A DNA stretch of 24,000 nt. Origin: an uncultured Solirubrobacterales bacterium (GTDB lineage: Bacteria > Pseudomonadota > Alphaproteobacteria > Acetobacterales > Acetobacteraceae). The stretch lies in assembly GCA_963697635.1 (NCBI GenBank), contig CAVOOS010000021.1:53654-77653 (forward strand), given 5' to 3'. Shown piece after piece: positions 17,147 to 24,000 of the stretch. The notes below the pieces were generated by a model that had not been told where the DNA came from, ran no database searches, and was given only the letters and a program-made list of their open reading frames with translations. The first letter of the stretch is position 1, and the number at the start of each line of letters is the position of its first letter. The position numbers were made by a program, and so were the translations under genes.

Positions 17147-17704
17147 TCAGAATATCCCTTCCAGAATCCCCTTGTTCTTCTTCTGGATGATCGGCGTGTC
17201 GCCCTCGTCCGGGCCCTTGCCCAGGGCGGCGTTCTCGCGCAGGCGGTCGGATTCCTTCTTGGCGTCGATCACCGTGCCCGGCGGCGGCGGCGACTTCCAG
17301 AACATCAGTTCTTCGCCGAGCGAGCGGTCGTTCGCCTCCTTGGACGCCTCCTCGTCGACGCGGGCGCGGATGTCCGGCGGCGGCGGCGGGCCGGCGGCGG
17401 CGATCAGCGCGTCGAGGCCGGGATCGTTGGACGGCGCCGCCGGCGTCGCCAGCGCGGCGGGGCCGGCAATGGTCACCTGCGCCGACTGCGTGGCGCTGAG
17501 CTCCTGCGGCCGCACCGCGCCGGGCTGCGGCGGGCGCAGCGTGAAGTCGGGCGGCATCGACAGCGGCGCGCGGGTGGTGACGACGAACTCGTCCGGCGCG
17601 TCGCGCGACAGGCCGAACGTGCGCGACAGGTCGCTGCCGCTGCAGCCGGCGAGCGTCAGCAGCGCGCCGAGGGCGGCGCAGCGCAGCACGATCCGTGTGT
17701 TCAT
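17147..17704 (-). CDS. DUF3035-like lipoprotein
   Basis: ATG at 17704. MNTRIVLRCAALGALLTLAGCSGSDLSRTFGLSRDAPDEFVVTTRAPLSMPPDFTLRPP has a lipobox (LAGC). The motif and the position downstream of lspA fit DUF3035 from memory. Confidence 0.75.
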   Translation of the reverse strand: MNTRIVLRCAALGALLTLAGCSGSDLSRTFGLSRDAPDEFVVTTRAPLSMPPDFTLRPPQPGAVRPQELSATQSAQVTIAGPAALATPAAPSNDPGLDALIAAAGPPPPPDIRARVDEEASKEANDRSLGEELMFWKSPPPPGTVIDAKKESDRLRENAALGKGPDEGDTPIIQKKNKGILEGIF

Positions 17705-17714
17705 GAGGCGCCTC

Positions 17715-18227
17715 CTACCGCTGCCCGTCCGCGCCGGCAAGGCGGTCGTCCGGGCGGCGGGTGAAAACCCCGTCCAGCAGCAGCGCGGCCACGCCACAGA
17801 CGATCGCCGCATCGGCGACATTGAACACATACCACGACCAGCCCCAGGCGTGGGCATGGATGAAATCGACGACGAAGCCGAAGCGCAGCCGGTCGATCAC
17901 GTTGCCGACCGCGCCGCCGGCGATCGCGCCGATCGCGGCCGCGACCAGCCTCCGCTCGGCGCGCGCCAGCCAGACCGCGAGCGCCACCACCACCAGCAGC
18001 GCGCCGAGCGCGAGCGCCGGCGCGCCCCAGTCGCCCAGGGAGTTGAGCAGCCCGAAGGTGACGCCACGGTTCTCGACATAGGTCAGGTTCAGCACCGGCA
18101 GCAGCGCGACCGTGCGCAGGTCCGGCAGGTCGAGGCCGTGCAGCACCCACCATTTGCTGGCCTGGTCGGCCGCCAGCACCGCCAGCGCCATGCCGACGCC
18201 GAGCGGGATCAGGTGGCGGCTGGGCAT
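17715..18227 (-). CDS. lspA: Lipoprotein signal peptidase II
   Basis: 170 aa from ATG 18227, with the conserved blocks NRGVTFG, GNVIDR and FNVADAAI and four TM segments. It is the final portion of the artificially long track ORF 17715..20039. Confidence 0.92.
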   Translation of the reverse strand: MPSRHLIPLGVGMALAVLAADQASKWWVLHGLDLPDLRTVALLPVLNLTYVENRGVTFGLLNSLGDWGAPALALGALLVVVALAVWLARAERRLVAAAIGAIAGGAVGNVIDRLRFGFVVDFIHAHAWGWSWYVFNVADAAIVCGVAALLLDGVFTRRPDDRLAGADGQR

Positions 18228-18258
18228 GGTTCCCCCGCGGCGCGACCGCCCAGCCCAA

Positions 18259-18330
18259 CCCTCCCCCGCAAGGGGGGGGGGGCTTTCTCCTCCTCCCCCC
18301 CTCGTGGGGGAGGGCCGGGAGGAGGGGTGG
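18259..18330. repeat. Two adjacent C-run/G-run hairpins (REP-like intergenic element) between ileS and lspA
   Basis: Hairpin 1: ccctccccc-gcaa-G11 (G run 18272-18282). Hairpin 2: cctcctccccccc-tcgt-gggggagggccgggaggagg (C run 18295-18301). The style is similar to the element at 557-604. Confidence 0.5.
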
Positions 18331-18355
18331 AACCGGGTCGCGATTCCAGCGGGGC

Positions 18356-21166
18356 TCACGCCAGCACCGGCTCGACCGCCTCGGCGCAGCGGCGGCACAG
18401 GGCCGGATGCGCGTGGTCCGACCCGACTTCCGGCAGCACCCGCCAGCAGCGGGCGCATTTCTCGCCGTCCGCGCGCACGAATTCCACCGCGACTCGGGCC
18501 GGTCGCGGATGGCGGAACGCGTCGTCCGGCGCCGGCGCGGTGGACAGCGTCAGGCGCGAGACGATCGCCAGCTCCGCCCATTCCTCGGCTGAGAGCAGGC
18601 CGGCCTCGTCCGCCGGCAAGTGCAGCACTGGGGCGGCCTGCAGCGAGGCGCCGATCGTGCCGTCGGCGCGGGCGCGTTCGAGCGCGCCCGTGACGGCGCG
18701 GCGGATATCCCGGAGCTCCGCCCATTTCGCGGCCAGGGCATCCTCCTGCCAGCGCGCCGGCACGTCCGGGAAGTCCTGCAGATGCACCGAGGCCGATTCG
18801 CCGAAGCGCGACGTCCAGGCCTCTTCGGCGGTGAACACCAGTACGGGCGCAAGCCACGTGGTCAGGCAGCGTTGCAGATGGTCGAGCACGCTGCGCGCGG
18901 CGCGGCGGCGGAGGCTGTCCGGCCGGTCGCAATACAGCGCGTCCTTGCGCACGTCGAAATAGAACGCCGACAGGTCGGCGGCGCAGAACGCGTGGATGGC
19001 GGGGTAGACGCCGCTCCAGGCGTGGCTTTCCACCGCCCCGCGCAACTGCGCGTCCAGCTCCCAGATGCGGTGCAGCACGAACCGCTCCAGCTCCGGCATC
19101 TCCGCTTCCGGCAGGATCTCCGATTGCGAGAACCCAGCCAGACTGCCGAGCAGCCAGCGCAGCGTGTTGCGCAGCCGGCGATACAATTCGGCGGTCTGCT
19201 TGAGGATCTCCGGGCCGATGCGCTGGTCCTCGGTGACGTCGGTGTTCATCACCCAGAGCCGCAGGATGTCGGCGCCGTACTGGTTTTCGACTTCCTGCGG
19301 CGCGACGGTGTTGCCGAGCGACTTGGACATCTTGCGGCCCTGCTCGTCCATGGTGAAGCCGTGCGTGAGCACCGCCTTGAACGGCGCACGGCCGCGCGTG
19401 CCGACCGCTTCGAGCAGCGACGAATGGAACCAGCCGCGATGCTGATCCGAGCCCTCCAGATAGAGGTCGGCGGGCCACGGCATGTGGCGGGCTTCGAGGA
19501 CGAAGGCGTGGGTCGAGCCGCTCTCGAACCACACGTCGACGATGTCTTTGACCTGTTCGTAGTCGTCGGGGTTCTTGTCGTTGCCCAGGAACCGCTGCGG
19601 CGGCGACGAGTACCAAGCGTCGGCGCCCTCTTCCGTGAATGCTTCGACGACCCGGGCGACAACGGAAGCATCGCGCAGCGGCTCGCCGGAGGCGCGGTGA
19701 ACAAAAACCGGGATCGGCACGCCCCAGGCGCGCTGGCGGCTGATGCACCAGTCGGGGCGGCTCGCCACCATGCCGCCGATCCGGTTGCGCCCGGCATCCG
19801 GCACGAAGTCGGTTTCGGCGATGGCTTTCAGTGCGGCGGCGCGGATGTGCTCCGGCCCGTCCATGCGGATGAACCACTGCGGCGTGGCGCGAAAGATCAA
19901 CGGCGCCTTGGAGCGCCAGGAGTGCGGATAGGAATGCACGAGCTTGCCGCGCCCGAGCAGCGCGCCGGCGGCGTCGAGCGCGGCGCAAACGGCGTCGGCC
20001 GCCTTGTAGACGTGCAGGCCGGCGAACAGCGGCACCCATGCGTTGAACGTGCCGTCAGGGCCGACGGTATCGGGCACTTCGAGGTTGTGCGCACGGCCGA
20101 GGACGAAGTCTTCCTCGCCGTGGCCGGGGGCGGTGTGCACGAAGCCGGTGCCGGCTTCGGTGGTGACGTGCTCGCCGGGCAGCAGCGGCACGTCGAAGTC
20201 GTAGCCGTTGCCGCGCAGCGGGTGGGCGGTGGTGAGGCCGGCCAGTTCGGCGCCCTTGAGCACGCGCAGAACGTGGTGCGTTGCGATCCCGGTCGCCTCG
20301 GCGACCTGCGGCAGCAGCGCCAGCGCCATGAGCAGCACCTCGCCGGCCCGCGCCCGGCTGGAGTCGGCCACGCTGTCCACGCGGACGACGCCGTAGTCGA
20401 TCTCGGGGCCGTAGGCGATGGCGCGGTTGCCCGGCATGGTCCAGGGCGTCGTGGTCCAGATCACCACCGACGCCTCGGCCAGATCGCCCGTCGCGTGCTG
20501 GATCGGGAAGCGAACAAACACGGTCGTGGAGGTGTGGTCGTGGTACTCGACCTCGGCCTCGGCGAGTGCCGTCTTTTCGACCGGGCTCCACATCACCGGC
20601 CGCAGCCCGCGATACAGCGCGCCGTTGAGCAGAAACTTGCCGATCTCGCCGGCAATCGCGGCCTCGGACGGAAAATCCATCGTCGCGTAGCGGTGCTCGA
20701 AATCGCCGAGCACGCCCAGGCGCTGGAATTCCTCCGCCTGCACACCCATCCAGTGCTGCGCGTAGGCGCGGCATTCGGCGCGGAACTTGATGATCGGCAC
20801 CGCGTCCTTGTCGCGGCCGGACTTGCGGTAGTCCTCCTCGATCTTCCACTCGATCGGCAGGCCGTGGCAGTCCCATCCGGGGACGTAGTCGGCGTCGTAG
20901 CCACCCATCTGGCGGGCGCGGTTGACGACGTCTTTCAGGATCTTGTTGAGCGCGGTGCCGATATGGATGTGGCCGTTGGCGTAGGGCGGCCCGTCGTGCA
21001 GGATGAATTTCTTCCGCCCGCGCGAGTTCTCGCGCAGCTGTTTCCACAGCCCGAGCTTCTGCCATTCGGCGAGCAGCTTCGGTTCCTTCTTCGGCAGGTC
21101 GCCGCGCATCGGGAACGACGTTGTCGGCAGGAACACGGTGTTCTTGTAGTCGGTGGTGTCGCTCAT
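18356..21166 (-). CDS. ileS: Isoleucine--tRNA ligase
   Basis: Intact 936-aa ORF. It has the HIGH region [21 protein letters not shown] ([10 protein letters not shown]) and a C-terminal Cys cluster (EKCARCW...ALCRRC). Confidence 0.97.
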   Translation of the reverse strand: MSDTTDYKNTVFLPTTSFPMRGDLPKKEPKLLAEWQKLGLWKQLRENSRGRKKFILHDGPPYANGHIHIGTALNKILKDVVNRARQMGGYDADYVPGWDCHGLPIEWKIEEDYRKSGRDKDAVPIIKFRAECRAYAQHWMGVQAEEFQRLGVLGDFEHRYATMDFPSEAAIAGEIGKFLLNGALYRGLRPVMWSPVEKTALAEAEVEYHDHTSTTVFVRFPIQHATGDLAEASVVIWTTTPWTMPGNRAIAYGPEIDYGVVRVDSVADSSRARAGEVLLMALALLPQVAEATGIATHHVLRVLKGAELAGLTTAHPLRGNGYDFDVPLLPGEHVTTEAGTGFVHTAPGHGEEDFVLGRAHNLEVPDTVGPDGTFNAWVPLFAGLHVYKAADAVCAALDAAGALLGRGKLVHSYPHSWRSKAPLIFRATPQWFIRMDGPEHIRAAALKAIAETDFVPDAGRNRIGGMVASRPDWCISRQRAWGVPIPVFVHRASGEPLRDASVVARVVEAFTEEGADAWYSSPPQRFLGNDKNPDDYEQVKDIVDVWFESGSTHAFVLEARHMPWPADLYLEGSDQHRGWFHSSLLEAVGTRGRAPFKAVLTHGFTMDEQGRKMSKSLGNTVAPQEVENQYGADILRLWVMNTDVTEDQRIGPEILKQTAELYRRLRNTLRWLLGSLAGFSQSEILPEAEMPELERFVLHRIWELDAQLRGAVESHAWSGVYPAIHAFCAADLSAFYFDVRKDALYCDRPDSLRRRAARSVLDHLQRCLTTWLAPVLVFTAEEAWTSRFGESASVHLQDFPDVPARWQEDALAAKWAELRDIRRAVTGALERARADGTIGASLQAAPVLHLPADEAGLLSAEEWAELAIVSRLTLSTAPAPDDAFRHPRPARVAVEFVRADGEKCARCWRVLPEVGSDHAHPALCRRCAEAVEPVLA

Positions 21167-21180
21167 TGCTTCTCTCGCGC

Positions 21181-21217
21181 GGCGTCCCGCGGGTACGGCT
21201 GATCGCGGCGGGACGCC
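21181..21217 (-). promoter_or_regulatory. 10-bp perfect stem hairpin in the ileS 5' leader
   Basis: ggcgtcccgc (21181-21190) pairs with gcgggacgcc (21208-21217) around a 17-nt loop. On the minus strand it ends 14 nt upstream of the ileS ATG, just before GAGAGAAG. Confidence 0.35.
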
Positions 21218-21284
21218 GGGAAAACGGGGCCGGACTATGGTGAGGCCGACCGGGCGAGGTCAAGCGTTGCTCCTGCAGGTCCGG

Positions 21285-21311
21285 TGGACTAAGTTGGGTG
21301 GACTTAGTCCA
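21285..21311. promoter_or_regulatory. Candidate operator of the Phd/VapC module: perfect 10-bp inverted repeat
   Basis: TGGACTAAGT-N7-ACTTAGTCCA, with imperfectly palindromic flanks (ggtccgg / ccggagacc). It ends 14 nt upstream of the phd ATG and abuts the GGAG ribosome-binding site. It is locally AT-richer than its surroundings. Confidence 0.5.
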
Positions 21312-21325
21312 TCCGGAGACCACCG

Positions 21326-21574
21326 ATGCGCACCGTCAACATGCACGAGGCCAAGACCCACCTGTCGCGGCTGGTCGACTTGGCCGCCAAGGGCGAGCCG
21401 TTCGTGATCGCCCGCGCCGGCAAGCCGCTGGTGAAGGTCGTGCCGATCGAGGAAACGCCTAAGACCGTGCCGCAGCGCTTCGGCTTTCTTGCCGGCAAGG
21501 GCAAGATACCGGACGACATCAAGGCGTTCGCACGCGAGGAGATCGAGGAGATGTTCTACGGGCCGAAGGAGTGA
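21326..21574 (+). CDS. Phd/YefM-family antitoxin
   Basis: 82 aa. MRTVNMHEAKTHLSRLVDLAAKGEPFVIARAGKPLVKVVPIEE is the canonical Phd/YefM N-terminal fold pattern. The stop overlaps the toxin GTG start (GTGA). Confidence 0.88.
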   Translation: MRTVNMHEAKTHLSRLVDLAAKGEPFVIARAGKPLVKVVPIEETPKTVPQRFGFLAGKGKIPDDIKAFAREEIEEMFYGPKE

Positions 21575-21957
21575 GGTTTCTGCTCGACACGCATCTTGTC
21601 CTCTGGATCGCCAAAAGGCCTGAGCTGCTTTCGGCGGAGGCGGCCGACCTCCTGAATGACCCGGCGACCGAGCCGCTGTTCAGCGTCGTCAGCATCTGGG
21701 AAGCAGCGATCAAGCACGCGCTGAAGCGCGACGACTTCGACAACGACCCCGTAGAGCTGCGCTCCGGCCTGCTGGACCACGGCTACGCCGAACTGCCCAT
21801 CACCGGCCCGCATGCCGCCGCGGTCGCCAGCCTGCCGCGCATCCATCGCGACCCGTTCGACCGGCTGCTGGTCGCGCAGGCGATCGTCGAGGGCATCACG
21901 ATGCTGACCGCCGACCCGGTGCTGGGCCGCTACCCGGCGCCGATCAGGGTGGTGTGA
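21571..21957 (+). CDS. vapC: PIN-domain toxin VapC
   Basis: 128 aa. [12 protein letters not shown]..., SIWEAAIK and [13 protein letters not shown]...MLTADPVL are typical of PIN toxins paired with Phd-type antitoxins. Confidence 0.88.
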   Translation: MRFLLDTHLVLWIAKRPELLSAEAADLLNDPATEPLFSVVSIWEAAIKHALKRDDFDNDPVELRSGLLDHGYAELPITGPHAAAVASLPRIHRDPFDRLLVAQAIVEGITMLTADPVLGRYPAPIRVV

Positions 21958-21963
21958 GCGCTC

Positions 21964-22616
21964 TCAGGCCGCCAGCCTGATGTCCGGATGCACGTGGAAC
22001 GCCGCCTCGGTCTGCGCGCGCAACTCGTCCACGTGCAGCCCCGGCGCGATGTCGGTCAGCAGCAGCCCGGCCTTGGTCACCTCGAACACGCCGAGATCGG
22101 TGATCACCAGTGTTGACCACGCGCGTCCCGGTCAGCGGCAGCGTGCACTTCCTCAGCAGCTTCGGCTTGCCGCCCGCCGTGTGCTCCATCAGCACCACAA
22201 CGCGGCGCACGCCGGCGACCAGATCCATCGCGCCGCCCATGCCCTTGACCATCTTGCCGGGGATCATCCAGTTCGCCAGGTCGCCGTGCTCCGACACCTG
22301 CAGCGCGCCGAGGATGGACAGGTCGATGTGCCCGCCGCGCACCATCGCGAAGCTGGCCGCGCTGTCGAAGAAGCTGGTGGTCGGCAGTTCCGTCACCGTC
22401 TGCTTGCCGGCGTTGATCAGGTCGGGGTCTTCCTCGCCCTCGAACGGGAACGGGCCCATGCCGAGCATGCCGTTCTCGCTCTGCAGCTGGATCGAGACCC
22501 CGGGCGGGATGTGGTTCGCCACCAGCGTCGGGATGCCGATGCCGAGATTGACGTAGAACCCGTCGCTGCAGTTCGCGCGCCGCGCGGGCCGCCATCTCCT
22601 CGCGTGTCCAGGCCAT
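21964..22616 (-). pseudogene. scoB: 3-oxoacid CoA-transferase subunit B, reading frame broken at 2 sites
   Basis: Segments: [17 protein letters not shown] | [60 protein letters not shown]...[13 protein letters not shown] | [48 protein letters not shown], with the stop at 21964-21966. The SENG catalytic-Glu motif is present. Joined length is about 216 aa. Confidence 0.88.
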
Positions 22617-22628
22617 CGCCGAACCCCC

Positions 22629-23340
22629 CTACGCCGCGCGCTTGCGCACGGTGCGCTGCTCGATCCGTTTTTCGAGATGCGCCGGCTGCACAATCCGCTG
22701 CACGAAGATCCCCGGCGTGATGATGCTGTCCGGCTCGATCGCGCCCGGCTGCACCAGATGCTCGACCTCCGCCACCGTCACCACGGCCGCGGTCGCCATG
22801 ATCGGGTTGAAGTTGCGCGCGGTTTTTCGGTAGACGAGGTTGCCCTCGGTGTCGCCCTTCCAGGCGTGCACGATCGCGAGGTCGGCGCGCAGCCCGCGCT
22901 CCATCACATAGTCGACGCCGTCGAACTCGCGCACCTCCTTGCCCTCGGCGATCAGCGTGCCGACGCCGGTGCGGGTGTAGAACGCCGGAATGCCGGCGCC
23001 GCCAGCGCGGATGCGCTCGGCCAGCGTGCCCTGCGGGTTGAACTCGATCTCCAGTTCGCCCGCGAGGTACTGGGCCGCGAACGTCTTGTTCTCGCCGACA
23101 TAGGACGACGATCATCCGGCGGATCTGCCGCGTGATCAGAAGCAGGCCCAGGCCGGCGTCGTCGATGCCGGCGTTGTTGGAGATCACCGTGAGGCCCTTC
23201 ACGCCGGCCACGCGGATCGCCTCGATCAGCGCCGACGGGATACCGCACAATCCGAAGCCGCCCGACATGATCGTCATGTCGTCCCGCAGCAGCCCGGCCA
23301 GCGCCGCCGCCGCATCGGGAAAAACTTTGCTCACCGACAT
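22629..23340 (-). pseudogene. scoA: 3-oxoacid CoA-transferase subunit A, reading frame broken once (about 23107-23112)
   Basis: Segments: MSVSKVFPDAAAALAGLLRDDMTIMSGGFGLCGIPSALIEAIRVAGVKGLTVISNNAGIDDAGLGLLLITRQIRRMI | SSYVGENKTFAAQYLAGELEIEFNPQGTLAERIRAGGAGIPAFYTRTGVGTLIAEGKEVREFDGVDYVMERGLRADLAIVHAWKGDTEGNLVYRKTARNFNP...[14 protein letters not shown]. Joined length is about 236 aa. Confidence 0.88.
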
Positions 23341-23403
23341 TCAGCCGTCCTCGGACGAGTTGCCGCGGCAGGCTGCCACCGTGCCCGCCCCGACGCAATC
23401 GGG

Positions 23404-23649
23404 TCAGGCGGCGGGGCGCCACCCGGCTCCGGCGATCTCCGCCCGCACGGCGGCAGCGAGTTCCGGGTTGGCGCGACGGATCTGCGACACCCGCAGCGCC
23501 GCCGCCGCGCCGGGGATCGGCGCCATCTCCCATCGTTCGAGGTAGAGCAGATCGGCCAGCGTCGCCTGGTCGCGCGCATCCGCCACGGCACGCCGCACCG
23601 CTGCGGTCAGCGGGCTGATCGCACGCGGCAGAAAGATCGGCTGCGCCAT
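23404..23649 (-). CDS. Hypothetical protein, 81 aa
   Basis: ATG at 23649 (MAQPIFLPRAISPLTAAVRRAVADARDQATLADLLYLERWEMAPIPG...). GC3-biased codons suggest real coding. I recognise no family. Confidence 0.45.
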   Translation of the reverse strand: MAQPIFLPRAISPLTAAVRRAVADARDQATLADLLYLERWEMAPIPGAAAALRVSQIRRANPELAAAVRAEIAGAGWRPAA

Positions 23650-23799
23650 ACGTCCCCCCATCGTCTCAATATGCCAGTGCCGGCAACTCGCCGGCGCATC
23701 GGCATGCCGCGTGGCGGGCGGTTATGTAGTCGGGCAACGGGGCGCCTGCACGGTTCGTTTCGTGATATCTGGATGACGACGCCGTGAGGCTGGGCGCAC

Positions 23800-24000
23800 T
23801 CAATAGCGATACAGTTCGTGCTTGAACGGTCCGCTGACCGGCGCGCCGATGTACTCGGCCTGTTTCGGCGACAGTTTGGTCAGCTTGGCTCCCACTTTGC
23901 CCAGATGCAGCGCCGCGACTTTTTCGTCGAGCTGCTTGGGCAGCGTGTAGACGCGGCGCTCGTAGCGCCCCGCCGGCGCGGTCCACAGCTCGATCTGAGC
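23800..24000 (-). CDS. ahcY: Adenosylhomocysteinase, C-terminal 66 codons (5' part lies beyond the window edge)
   Basis: The minus-strand frame ending at TGA 23800-23802 reads [66 protein letters not shown], the conserved AhcY C-terminal tail. It is absent from the ORF track because no start lies within the window. Confidence 0.9.
   Translation of the reverse strand, partial: AQIELWTAPAGRYERRVYTLPKQLDEKVAALHLGKVGAKLTKLSPKQAEYIGAPVSGPFKHELYRY

Noticed and set aside
18272-18282. G11 tract as a phase-variation switch
   Set aside because: It is intergenic. It is not within a coding frame or a recognisable promoter spacer, and it forms the 3' arm of a hairpin. It is retained only as part of the REP-like element finding.
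17715-20039. 774-aa minus-strand ORF as a single protein
   Set aside because: Most of it is an alternative frame of ileS plus read-through of the GC-rich intergenic hairpins. Only the last 170 codons (lspA, from ATG 18227) are protein-like.
18620-21202. 860-aa plus-strand ORF
   Set aside because: It is exactly antisense to the intact ileS gene. Its composition is Arg/Ala/Gly/Pro-rich and low in complexity, which is typical of stop-free antisense frames in roughly 70% GC DNA.
23666-23986. 106-aa minus-strand ORF at the window end
   Set aside because: It is in the wrong frame. The adjacent frame gives the highly conserved AhcY C-terminus ending YRY-stop at 23800, and the 106-aa product is Arg/Ala-rich and crosses the ahcY stop.

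Overview
Very GC-rich chromosomal segment (roughly 70% GC by eye, with strong third-codon-position GC bias). Gene content and synteny look alphaproteobacterial, but the taxon is inference only.

Most of the window is housekeeping:
- the 3' end of a parvulin PPIase, then argJ
- a minus-strand envelope/division operon: ftsE, ftsX, ydcF-like, plsC and a DUF2125-like gene, with overlapping stop/start codons
- a zinc-ribbon membrane protein, a YhfX-like PLP enzyme and an amidase
- cysS with a TrmJ-like methyltransferase, a MarR regulator and mutL
- ileS, lspA and a DUF3035-like lipoprotein
- scoA/scoB CoA-transferase and the 3' end of ahcY

Accessory content is small. There are two type II toxin-antitoxin pairs: an AbrB-type VapB/VapC at 10.8-11.5 kb, and a Phd/VapC at 21.3-22.0 kb preceded by a perfect 10-bp inverted repeat. 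There is also a decayed BrnA-like antitoxin fragment at about 15.0 kb. I saw no rRNA, tRNA, CRISPR array, transposase or integrase.

The most striking observation is that seven otherwise well-conserved minus-strand genes are interrupted by 14 frame changes. The genes are the DUF2125-like gene, ftsX, the amidase, the trmJ-like gene, cysS, scoB and scoA. Thirteen changes need a +1 correction and one needs -1, and there is no other sign of decay. Essential cysS carries four of them, so consensus or assembly indel error is the leading explanation, but this must be checked against reads.

I did not find a convincing novel multi-gene system. The findings below carry modest scores.
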